A stretch of DNA of 64,000 nt from Mageeibacillus sp. UBA5438 (GTDB taxonomy: Bacteria; Bacillota; Clostridia; Saccharofermentanales; DTU023). The stretch is taken from positions 1,267 through 65,266 of the forward strand of contig DIRK01000047.1 of assembly GCA_002427535.1 (NCBI GenBank), read 5' to 3'. Numbering within the stretch: position 1 is the first letter of the stretch; every line of letters starts with the position of its first letter. Of the stretch, positions 39,801-48,214 are shown piece by piece. Position numbers and translations under genes: made by a program. The notes under the pieces are model-generated. The model did not search any database, had not been told where the DNA came from, and saw nothing but the letters and a program-made list of their open reading frames with translations.

Positions 39801-40763
39801 TTATTCAAGGACTTTACCTCCTCCCATACGAATTCTTGGGTCAACAAGGCTGTAAGACAAGTCAAGAATCAGGATCGAAATCAGCCCGATGATCGAATAG
39901 AAGAACAATGTTGCCAAAGTCAGATAATAATCTGAAACACCGATAGATTGGGACACCAGAGAACCTATTCCCGGGATGCCGAAGATATTTTCAACGACCA
40001 TGGAGCCTCCCAAAATACTCGTAAACATCGGCACAATCACGTTACACAGCGGCACAAAGGAATTGCGGATGGCGTGGCGCACAGTCGACTGCACCTGTGT
40101 TAAACCTTTTGCCTTTGCCAAAAGCATGTATTCCGAGTTCAGCGCCTCAAACAACTCCGAGCGCAGGTAGCGCGTAATCATGGCAATTCCGCCAAATGAC
40201 AGCGCGAGCACGGGTAAGATCATCGACTGGAATTTCGTAAACGACCAGTCGGGCTTCAAGTCCAGCAAAAATGGAAATATCTTTAACTTAAACGCAAATA
40301 TATATTGTAAAAGCGACGCGAACACAAACGATGGGACGGAGATGAAGAAAATCACAAGCAATGAAATGACATTGTCGGTAAATGAATTTTTCTTCAATCC
40401 CGCAATCACACCAAACAATAACCCGAGAGGAATCGTGACCACCAGGGAAATAATGTTGAGTTGCAGCGTCAGCGGAATTTTCATCTTAATGACATCAAAA
40501 ACAGGGGTCCTCGGATAAAGCGCCATGGATTCGCCGAAATCAAGCGAGAAGAAATTTCGAAGGAAGATCATATATTGGTTGACCAGAGGTTTATCCAGAT
40601 GGTAACGTTTTTCAAGCGCCGCTCGAACCTCCGGTAACGCTTCGCGTCCGCCGACCGCGCCGGGAATCAATCGAATGACAAAGAACAAAATGCTCACAAT
40701 AAGAAATAGTGTGATGAGCATCGCGGCGATTCTCTTAGCGATGTATTTCCACAAATCGTTCAC
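39801..40763 (-). CDS. oppB: oligopeptide ABC transporter permease OppB
   Basis: 320 aa. N-terminus YIAKRIAAMLITLFLIVSILFFVIRLIPG and EYMLLAKAKGL motif. Confidence 0.9.
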   Translation of the reverse strand: MNDLWKYIAKRIAAMLITLFLIVSILFFVIRLIPGAVGGREALPEVRAALEKRYHLDKPLVNQYMIFLRNFFSLDFGESMALYPRTPVFDVIKMKIPLTLQLNIISLVVTIPLGLLFGVIAGLKKNSFTDNVISLLVIFFISVPSFVFASLLQYIFAFKLKIFPFLLDLKPDWSFTKFQSMILPVLALSFGGIAMITRYLRSELFEALNSEYMLLAKAKGLTQVQSTVRHAIRNSFVPLCNVIVPMFTSILGGSMVVENIFGIPGIGSLVSQSIGVSDYYLTLATLFFYSIIGLISILILDLSYSLVDPRIRMGGGKVLE

Positions 40764-40785
40764 CTCCGTTTTTTATCGTAATGTA

Positions 40786-40823
40786 CCGCGCGCCCTTGGA
40801 CCGTTCGGTCTTCGGGCGCGCGG
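40786..40823 (-). promoter_or_regulatory. GC-rich intercistronic stem-loop between oppA and oppB (attenuator/mRNA-stabiliser candidate)
   Basis: Minus strand: CCGCGCGCCC gaa GACC gaac GGTC caa GGGCGCGCGG, a 10-bp outer plus 4-bp inner stem with no U-tract following. Confidence 0.6.
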
Positions 40824-40862
40824 CCTGCTAGTTAATGCATTATAGACTCTTTTTACAGAACA

Positions 40863-42647
40863 TCAATCAGGATAGATGTCGCTCTGGAAGAAGCCATAGG
40901 CCACCCAAGGCAAGTAGGTGTACGTCGGCAACTCGACACGCTCGCTCACAAGCCAAGTGTTGTTGTTCTGCATGGTCGGGATGAACACGCAGTAATCCAT
41001 CAGCATCTCTTCCATCTTCGCCAAGGCATCAATACGGGCATCAGGATCGTTCAAAAGTTCACCGTACATGCAATCAAAGTACAGTTTGTCAAATTCTTCA
41101 TTGGCGTAGCCGGGTACAGACTTATTCGGATAGTCGGATGTCCAGACGACAAAGGATGCCCACATATTGAACTCATTTGTCAAATCAACGCCGGTTCCGA
41201 GATCGTAGTCGCCCGCTTCATAGTTGTCATACGCCTGCATCGGCTGCACCGCGCGAAGCACCAGTTCGAAACGGTCGGAGCCAAAGAGCTGCTCCCATTT
41301 CTCCTGACACACTTCACCTGTGCGCTTCATGGCCTCTTGGCCTTCAAAATAGGTCAATTCAATCTTGATCTTTTTGTTGCCGTTGCGCTCATAGGCCGCA
41401 TTGAACAATTCGAGTGCCTTGTCATCATTGTCACTGAATTTTTCAACAATGGCTTTCGCCTGAGGTGTTGAACGATAAGGAATTGTCACCTCATCGCTAC
41501 CAGTGACCGAGATACCGGTTGAGATCAGGTAGTTGGGTGAGTCATAGAGTACATAAACCTGAGTGGCCACTTCAACTCGCGGTGCGGAGTAGTAAAGAGC
41601 CAAGCGGAAATCGTTGTCCTGCATAATCACATTTTTGGAGGACGTGTTCACAAAAAGGCCCCAGACCATCGGTGAAATCTGCTTCACAGCACGCGGGTCA
41701 TTTTTGTTTTCTTCATAGTTGTCACCTGACAGGGCACCCCAGTCGAGCTCTCCGTTTAGGAACATTTGCCAGCGCGTCGCGTTCTCACTGACATAGCGGG
41801 TATTCACCTCATCGAGGAAGTAATAACCTTCTTTGACCAGCGGGTTATCGTCATTGCGTGCCAGCACTTCATAGCCGTCAAGCACCCATTCTTTCAGATA
41901 GAACGGTCCGGAGGCCGCGATCTGATCCATATCAGTCCCGTAGGATGTGCTTGTGCGATCTTCATTCATACCTGCTTCATACAAAGCCTCGTCGACGGGC
42001 CAAATCAGGGCGCCCAGGCTTGTGAAGAAGTCAATTTCAGTGGACGGATAAGCAAGAGTGATCTCGAGCGTATGGTCGTCAAGCACTTTAACGCCAACAT
42101 CCTCCCATTCACAATCACTTGCGAAGTATTCTTTTGCATTCTTAACGACGCAGGGGTCAAAGATGTATCCCGCGTTGGGGTTGCCAAGTGCGGGATCGAT
42201 CATCATCTTGATCGAATACTCATAGGTTTTCGCATTAATAGGCGTGCCGTTTGTAAATTTGATGTCATCACGGAATTTGCAAATCCAAGTGGTTCCGCCA
42301 TCTTCCGAATAGGGAAGTTCTGATGTGTCGTGCGGAACAAACAGTAATTGGTCGCTGCCATCGACGGAGCTCACAATTCCTACCATGGTGCTGTAAATCT
42401 CTAAGTGCTTGCTATTCGTGTACGTGTGCGGATTCCAGCTTGCGCGAGAGGTGGTCCAGTCATAGAAAATCTTGGGTTCACCCGGTTCTGGTTTAACCGG
42501 GGGATCTGTTTCAACAGGATCACTTGCGTCAGGCCCTTTCGTCGGATCAGTCGGCGTTGGTGTTTCAGGTTTACCGCATGCAGCCATGAGGGAGACAAGC
42601 ATAACAAGAACCAATAAGAGCGCTAAACTTTTCCTCTTCATTTTCAT
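40863..42647 (-). CDS. oppA: oligopeptide-binding lipoprotein OppA (family 5 SBP)
   Basis: MKMKRKSLALLLVLVMLVSLMAACGK signal plus lipobox-like Cys, then a Pro/Thr/Asp-rich linker and a ~540-aa SBP_bac_5-like body. Confidence 0.85.
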   Translation of the reverse strand: MKMKRKSLALLLVLVMLVSLMAACGKPETPTPTDPTKGPDASDPVETDPPVKPEPGEPKIFYDWTTSRASWNPHTYTNSKHLEIYSTMVGIVSSVDGSDQLLFVPHDTSELPYSEDGGTTWICKFRDDIKFTNGTPINAKTYEYSIKMMIDPALGNPNAGYIFDPCVVKNAKEYFASDCEWEDVGVKVLDDHTLEITLAYPSTEIDFFTSLGALIWPVDEALYEAGMNEDRTSTSYGTDMDQIAASGPFYLKEWVLDGYEVLARNDDNPLVKEGYYFLDEVNTRYVSENATRWQMFLNGELDWGALSGDNYEENKNDPRAVKQISPMVWGLFVNTSSKNVIMQDNDFRLALYYSAPRVEVATQVYVLYDSPNYLISTGISVTGSDEVTIPYRSTPQAKAIVEKFSDNDDKALELFNAAYERNGNKKIKIELTYFEGQEAMKRTGEVCQEKWEQLFGSDRFELVLRAVQPMQAYDNYEAGDYDLGTGVDLTNEFNMWASFVVWTSDYPNKSVPGYANEEFDKLYFDCMYGELLNDPDARIDALAKMEEMLMDYCVFIPTMQNNNTWLVSERVELPTYTYLPWVAYGFFQSDIYPD

Positions 42648-42706
42648 ACCTCTTTCCAAAATATTTATTCTAATGCACGGTTATTCCGCACAATAAAAAC
42701 CGTTGG

Positions 42707-45031
42707 CTAGGCCGATTCTTCCGCTTCTTCTTTTTCTTGTACCCAAAAATTGGAAGGCGGTATCCGGCTAAGCAAATGACGTACAAAATAATCCCAGCGC
42801 CGTCTGACGACATAGGGAAACTGTCCGACACCGTGTGCACTGTTCGGATAAATGAGCAGGTCAAAATCCTTATTCTCATCAATCAAAGAGGCAGCAAGTG
42901 CAATTGTGGCCGAAGGATGCACATTGTCATCCATGTCGCCATGGATCAGCAGGAGCCGGCCTATTAGATTTTTTGCAAAATTCTTATTGGCCTGGTCGTG
43001 ATAAGTCTCTTCCGAATACGGGCCGATCCAACGCTCACCCCAATGTGCGTGGTAGCGGGCTTGATCGTGGTTACCGCAAAGCGATACACCCACTTTGTAA
43101 AAATCGGGAAACTGCAATAATGCGCGAGCCGTTGCGTAACCCCCACCCGAAGCACCCCAAATGCCTACGCGATCAATATCAATCCAATGATGGCGTCCGG
43201 CTAGTTCTTTAATCGCCGCCACATGGTCTTCCAGACCGCAACATTCTTCTGGTTTTCCATAAGTCATATCGTGAATTTTTTTCCCGCGTAAAGGGGTCGC
43301 CAACCCATCTATGATCACACCCACAAAACCCAACTGTGCGAGACTTTGCAGTCCTCCTTGGGGGTCGGCTCCCAAAAACGAATGAAATTCAAATGCCTTC
43401 GGTGTATTGATTCGCTGTGGCCCCCCGTACACATAGTCAATTACGGGGTATTTTTTAGCAGGATCAAAACCATGAGGCTTAATAAGGATGCCATAAACGG
43501 GGGTTTCCCCGTCCCGGGCGAGCGCTTCAAAGGGTTCCGGCACGATATAACCTTTTTCCATGATGCGCGACAAATCAGCCTTAGCAAGAGGCGACAGCGT
43601 TTGCCCCTTCACATCACAGACTTCGCTTACGGGCTTAGTCGTGATGGTGGAATAAGTATCAATGTAATAGCGTCCGTTTTTCGAAAAGCGTGCCACATGC
43701 TCCGCGATATCCCGGCTTATGCGTGTCACATCACCGCCATCAAACGAAACACAATACAATATCTGATAATACGGATCAACATTTTCTTCTCTGCCGGAGG
43801 CTGAGAAATAAAGCAACCGGTTCACCTCATCAACATAGCGTATCCGACGCGCGTTATAATCTCCGGGTGCCAAATCATTTTTGAACTCTCCTGTATCAGC
43901 ATCAAGCAGGTAAACGGAAGCCCAGTTTTCCTTTTCTAATAGCCAGAGCAACTCGCGCGAATCGGGCAGATAGATAAGTCCCGAGTCGTTGAAACCCTCT
44001 TGGGCAGCATGCCCGTAATACTCGGTAAATCCAAACGTCTCATACGACATCGTCGCGGCTACGCGCGCAGTCGCTGTCTCAACATCAATAATCACAGCTT
44101 GTGAGCGTTTAAAATAGCGATCGTAGCGGACAAGATACGCTTCTTTGCCATCTTTCGTCCATTTCAGCATGTCATTTTCCGAATCAAACATTGACAAAAG
44201 TAAAAGTTCAAAAGGCTGACCGTCAAGCAAGACTTTTTTCGAAGTTTTCTCGGCCACATCCATCAGATACACTTCGCAGGTCAAAATATGATCATCGGAT
44301 GGCAATGAATACGGATACTGGACACCGATCGGGCGTGATTGACCGTTGATCGGAACAGACTGGACCAGATGGAGATCATCCGACCGTCTTGTGTCGCGTC
44401 GATAGGTTAAAAAATGAGTAGCATCAGGGGACCAGTTGATCGCAGGAGGAAAAACACGCGGTTCTTTTTTCAAGCATCGTTCGCTCACCATAGAGAACTG
44501 TTGTGCGTAGTCTCGGTCTTCGCGCCCATCTTCGGTCAGTCGATATTCCTCACCCGTGACATTATCTCGAACGTAAACGTCGTGACATCGAACGAACGCG
44601 CTGTGGGCGAGATCGGGAGATGGCACCTCCTCTTTAGCATGGCGAGGGTAGCGTAGATGCGTGAGGATTCCTTCTTTTAAGTCATAAGCGAATTCCCCCA
44701 CTACGTCCTTGATGTCGAAATAAAATGTTTCGTGAAAGACCGTGTGTGCTGTTATACCTAAGTCAAAGGGCATGGCCTTTTCGTAATATGGTTTTATTTT
44801 TTGAGCCAATAACACATGATCGAACAATACCTCTATTTCATTTGTGTCGCCCAAATAGCGCATAAATTGCGTCTTTATTTCAGCCTTATCGTCCAGGACA
44901 TCGAGTTCAAACCAAAAATCACTCGTGTGCTCAATCCACTTCTCCTGAAGTGTTTCGTTCAAAACATGTTTTTTGGCGTTCGCATTATAAATCGCCGCGG
45001 CTCGTTGATAAGCGTCTAGCATGTCATTCAT
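42707..45031 (-). CDS. S9-family dipeptidyl-peptidase IV-like serine peptidase
   Basis: 774 aa. Long N-terminal propeller region, then GIWGASGGGYAT (Ser), IHGDMDDNVH (Asp), YPNSAHG (His). Confidence 0.82.
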   Translation of the reverse strand: MNDMLDAYQRAAAIYNANAKKHVLNETLQEKWIEHTSDFWFELDVLDDKAEIKTQFMRYLGDTNEIEVLFDHVLLAQKIKPYYEKAMPFDLGITAHTVFHETFYFDIKDVVGEFAYDLKEGILTHLRYPRHAKEEVPSPDLAHSAFVRCHDVYVRDNVTGEEYRLTEDGREDRDYAQQFSMVSERCLKKEPRVFPPAINWSPDATHFLTYRRDTRRSDDLHLVQSVPINGQSRPIGVQYPYSLPSDDHILTCEVYLMDVAEKTSKKVLLDGQPFELLLLSMFDSENDMLKWTKDGKEAYLVRYDRYFKRSQAVIIDVETATARVAATMSYETFGFTEYYGHAAQEGFNDSGLIYLPDSRELLWLLEKENWASVYLLDADTGEFKNDLAPGDYNARRIRYVDEVNRLLYFSASGREENVDPYYQILYCVSFDGGDVTRISRDIAEHVARFSKNGRYYIDTYSTITTKPVSEVCDVKGQTLSPLAKADLSRIMEKGYIVPEPFEALARDGETPVYGILIKPHGFDPAKKYPVIDYVYGGPQRINTPKAFEFHSFLGADPQGGLQSLAQLGFVGVIIDGLATPLRGKKIHDMTYGKPEECCGLEDHVAAIKELAGRHHWIDIDRVGIWGASGGGYATARALLQFPDFYKVGVSLCGNHDQARYHAHWGERWIGPYSEETYHDQANKNFAKNLIGRLLLIHGDMDDNVHPSATIALAASLIDENKDFDLLIYPNSAHGVGQFPYVVRRRWDYFVRHLLSRIPPSNFWVQEKEEAEESA

Positions 45032-45599
45032 CTTCTTTCATGATGCCGTATTTAAAAAATGAAAAATAGAAATATTTTTTCATGTCCCACTTGAGATCAA
45101 GATCATCCCCAAATCCTGTCTCTCTGCAGTACATCTCAAAATTGAACAATGTTGTCGCATACATATAAGCCACAAGTTCAATGTCGATGTCATCGCGCAA
45201 AACACCTTCATATTTAAGTTTTGTAAGTTCGCGCCGGTACTCAGTAATCAGTCTGTCTTTATTTTCGCCAAAATAGTACCGTTGCATCATTTCCGGCGGA
45301 ATCGTATGAAAGAAAAGATTACGGCTTCGCTGCAACTCGTCCGACTCTTCAATAGGCTTGGAAACAAACGAATCGTAAGCTTCTTTATCGCGGAGCGGAT
45401 GGGCAAGTACCTCAATCATCAGGTCATCTTTATCGTGAAAGTAGCGGTAAAAGGTCCCGGCCGGAAGATCAAGCGCCTTAAGTAGTTCCGTGACGGAGAT
45501 CGCATACGAATGTTCGAGAAAGACATGGAGTGCCTTATTTAATATTTCGTCTCGACGTTCCCTTGGCAATCGTGCAAATGTTTTCTTCGGCATAGCCAC
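45024..45599 (-). CDS. TetR/AcrR-family transcriptional regulator
   Basis: 191 aa. N-terminal HTH ILNKALHVFLEHSYAISVTELLKALDLPAGTFYRYF. Its stop overlaps the start of the DPP4-like gene by 8 nt. Confidence 0.85.
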   Translation of the reverse strand: MAMPKKTFARLPRERRDEILNKALHVFLEHSYAISVTELLKALDLPAGTFYRYFHDKDDLMIEVLAHPLRDKEAYDSFVSKPIEESDELQRSRNLFFHTIPPEMMQRYYFGENKDRLITEYRRELTKLKYEGVLRDDIDIELVAYMYATTLFNFEMYCRETGFGDDLDLKWDMKKYFYFSFFKYGIMKEDE

Positions 45600-45613
45600 C
45601 TCCGAGCGGAACT

Positions 45614-45683
45614 TATTTGCGAATATTGCAAATAGAATATCACATTCAACGCAAAAGGAACAAGCGCTATTTGCCGAATATTG
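45614..45683. promoter_or_regulatory. candidate operator: 21-bp palindrome plus a second direct copy of its half-site in the divergent tetR / ATPase-operon intergenic region
   Basis: TATTTGC-gaatatt-GCAAATA at 45614-45634, 15 nt from the tetR start codon. TATTTGCCGAATATTG repeats at 45668-45683. Confidence 0.4.
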
Positions 45684-45822
45684 TTTGTTTATTCACCATT
45701 CTATGGCTAACATGCACGATTACATGTACGATTCAAACGTAATACTTGCAACACATCAAACGCCAAATTTTAAAACTATGATACGATCCTTGCGGATCTT
45801 ATTTATGAAGGAGGAGTGTCCG

Positions 45823-46113
45823 ATGATCCCTTTTAACGAATTATTTGAAAAACACCGCGAAAATTTGGAGCTTTACGTGCCCGTTGTAGCCCGTGTCCAC
45901 GGCGATACGCATCCGGAATTTCATGAAGTCAAAAAGCATTTCGATGTCATTCGCGAAAAATTATACGAACTTGATTTGAGTGAACTGAAAGCTGAATTCG
46001 AACAACTCAGCAAGATCACGGATTATTTTACTGTTCCGGACGATGTCTGTGAGACCTACGAAGCGGTTTACCAGATGCTTTCAGAACTTGAGAAGGCGCT
46101 TTTGGAACTTTAA
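45823..46113 (+). CDS. small helical protein with Ric/ScdA hemerythrin-like segments
   Basis: GAAGGAGGAG-N5-ATG at 45823, 96 aa. ARVHGDTHPEFHEV and VPDDVCETYEAVYQMLSELE resemble the conserved helices of iron-sulfur repair di-iron (Ric) proteins. The upstream part of the 207-aa track ORF overlaps tetR and is rejected. Confidence 0.45.
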   Translation: MIPFNELFEKHRENLELYVPVVARVHGDTHPEFHEVKKHFDVIREKLYELDLSELKAEFEQLSKITDYFTVPDDVCETYEAVYQMLSELEKALLEL

Positions 46114-46118
46114 TCACC

Positions 46119-47972
46119 ATGCAAAGAGTTATCTTAAGAAATAAAAATAAGATCGCGCTTGTGATCGGCATCCTGATCGCAACAGCCTTCATTGTCAAGT
46201 GGAGCACCGGCTTCATGCTCTTTTTTGAATGGACACTCATCACTGCGTCCATACTCGGAGTGCTGCCGATCGCCATCCAGGCCTTCCAAGCCCTGCGCGT
46301 AAAAGTGGTGAGCATCGACGTGCTCGTCACCATGGCTGTGGCAGGCGCTTTTGCCATCCGAAATTTCGAGGAATCGGCCATCGTCACCTTCCTCTTCCTT
46401 TTTGGCGCCTACCTTGAACAACGCACTTTAAACAAGACACGTTCAGCCATCCGAGCTTTAACCGAGATGGCGCCCGAGACCGCCTGGAAGAAAATGGATG
46501 ACGGCGATTTTGAAGAAATCGATGTCGACGATGTCGACATCGGTGATGTGCTTTTAGTCAAAACAGGCGCCAAAATCCCGGTGGATGGAACCGTGTTGAG
46601 CGGCGAAGGTAGCGTCAACGAGGCCAGCATCACCGGCGAATCACTGCCCGTTCTAAAAGAAATGAACGCGCTTGTCTATGCCGGCACTATCTTAGAAAAC
46701 GGCACATTGCAGATCGCGGCCGACCGCGTCGGCGAGGATACGACCTTCGGTAAAATTATCGAGCTTGTCGAAGAGGCACAGGACTCAAAATCTGAAGCCG
46801 AGCGTTTCATCGACCGCTTCGCCAAATACTACACGCCCGTCGTCCTCCTCATCGCCTTATTAGTATTCGCTTTTACCCGTGACATGGAGCTGGCCGTCAC
46901 CATCCTTGTATTGGGATGCCCGGGGGCGCTTGTCATCGGGGTTCCCGTGTCCAACGTCGCGGGGATCGGAAATGGCGCAAGCCACGGCATTCTTCTGAAG
47001 GGGAGTGAGGTCATCTCTGATTTCTCCCGTCTTGATCAGATGATTTTTGACAAAACAGGCACACTGACAATCGGTAACCCGGCTGTCGCCGACACACGCT
47101 ATTATGGAGAAAACATCGAAAGTGCCTTGCATTATTTGGCAAGCATCGAGCGTGAATCCGATCATCCCTTGGCAAAAGCTGTTCTAGAAGAAATAGGACA
47201 AGCAACTATTTTCCCTGTAAGCGACACAAACGTCATACGGGGCGGCGGCATCGTCGCCCGGGTAAATGGCCATCGGGTGGCGGTCGGCAATGTGGCGCTC
47301 ATGGAACAAGAAGCAGTCGTATTATCTGAGGCCGTCCGAGAGGATCTTCATCAGTTCGAAGCAAAAGGTTATTCCCTTGTCCTCACCGCGGTCGATGGTG
47401 AACTCTCAATCCTGATGGGCATCCGGGACCCGATCCGTCCCGGCGTCAAAGAAGACTTAGAGCGCATCAAAAAACTGGGCGTCAAAGAACTCGTTATGCT
47501 CTCCGGCGACAACCAGGGAACCGTCGATGTGATCGCGCGCGAACTGGGACTCTCAAAGGCGCATGGCCATATGCTGCCTGAAGACAAATCCGCCTACGTG
47601 AAAGAACAGATCGGGAAAGGCGCCACCGTCGCCTTCGTCGGCGACGGTGTGAACGACAGCCCCTCACTTGCCACCGCGCAGATCGGCATCGCCATGGGAA
47701 GCGGCACGGAGGTCGCCATTGAAACCTCGAACGTGGTGCTCGTGAACTCCGACTTCTCACGACTGCCTCATGCATTGGGCCTCGTGAAAGCCACCTCAAG
47801 AAATATGATTCAAAATATCGTGATCGCCATCGGGGTCGTGGTCGCGCTTTTAGCCAGTGTGCTCTTCGGAGAATGGATGAATATGTCGATCGGCATGCTC
47901 GTGCATGAAGGAAGCATCTTGGTCGTCATCTTAAACGGCATGCGTTTACTCGGCTACCGTTTGAAATCATGA
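46119..47972 (+). CDS. heavy-metal P1B-type ATPase, P1B-4-like, with CPG in place of SPC
   Basis: 617 aa with ITGES, DKTGTLT, MLSGDN and GDGVNDSPSL motifs. No N-terminal HMA domain. C-terminal HEGSILVVILNG. TM motif LGCPGALVIGVPV (CPG codons at 46917-46925). Confidence 0.85.
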   Translation: MQRVILRNKNKIALVIGILIATAFIVKWSTGFMLFFEWTLITASILGVLPIAIQAFQALRVKVVSIDVLVTMAVAGAFAIRNFEESAIVTFLFLFGAYLEQRTLNKTRSAIRALTEMAPETAWKKMDDGDFEEIDVDDVDIGDVLLVKTGAKIPVDGTVLSGEGSVNEASITGESLPVLKEMNALVYAGTILENGTLQIAADRVGEDTTFGKIIELVEEAQDSKSEAERFIDRFAKYYTPVVLLIALLVFAFTRDMELAVTILVLGCPGALVIGVPVSNVAGIGNGASHGILLKGSEVISDFSRLDQMIFDKTGTLTIGNPAVADTRYYGENIESALHYLASIERESDHPLAKAVLEEIGQATIFPVSDTNVIRGGGIVARVNGHRVAVGNVALMEQEAVVLSEAVREDLHQFEAKGYSLVLTAVDGELSILMGIRDPIRPGVKEDLERIKKLGVKELVMLSGDNQGTVDVIARELGLSKAHGHMLPEDKSAYVKEQIGKGATVAFVGDGVNDSPSLATAQIGIAMGSGTEVAIETSNVVLVNSDFSRLPHALGLVKATSRNMIQNIVIAIGVVVALLASVLFGEWMNMSIGMLVHEGSILVVILNGMRLLGYRLKS

Positions 47973-48214
47973 AAGGAAATGGAAAAATGAAATCAGCCAA
48001 TATTCAATTAGAAACACTCGTATGTCCCTCTTGCACCCAAAAAATTGAGGCGGCTTTAAAAAATATCGATGGCATCGATCAGGATTCACTCAAGCTGTCC
48101 TTTAGCTCAAGCAAGGTCAAATTTGACTTTGATGACAATACCACCTCCATGGAGGCGATTGAAAAAGCCATTAACCGGGTCGGCTTTGAAGTCATTAAGT
48201 CAAGGGTGAAGTAG
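47969..48214 (+). CDS. stand-alone heavy-metal-associated (HMA) domain protein
   Basis: ATGA overlap with the ATPase stop (alternative ATG at 47987). LVCPSCTQKIEAALKNIDGI metal-binding loop and helix with ferredoxin-like length. Confidence 0.75.
   Translation: MKGNGKMKSANIQLETLVCPSCTQKIEAALKNIDGIDQDSLKLSFSSSKVKFDFDDNTTSMEAIEKAINRVGFEVIKSRVK

Noticed and set aside
45490-45822. Upstream two-thirds of the 207-aa plus-strand ORF 45490-46113.
   Set aside because: It overlaps the tetR coding region and the AT-rich intergenic region. A strong RBS precedes the internal ATG at 45823, and only the last 96 aa look protein-like.
45635-45822. Possible metal-sensing (NiCo/czcD-type) riboswitch in the leader of the ATPase operon.
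   Set aside because: The region is AT-rich with only short hairpins (for example GATCC-ttgc-GGATC), and I saw no four-way-junction-like GC-rich helices. It is more likely promoter and operator DNA.
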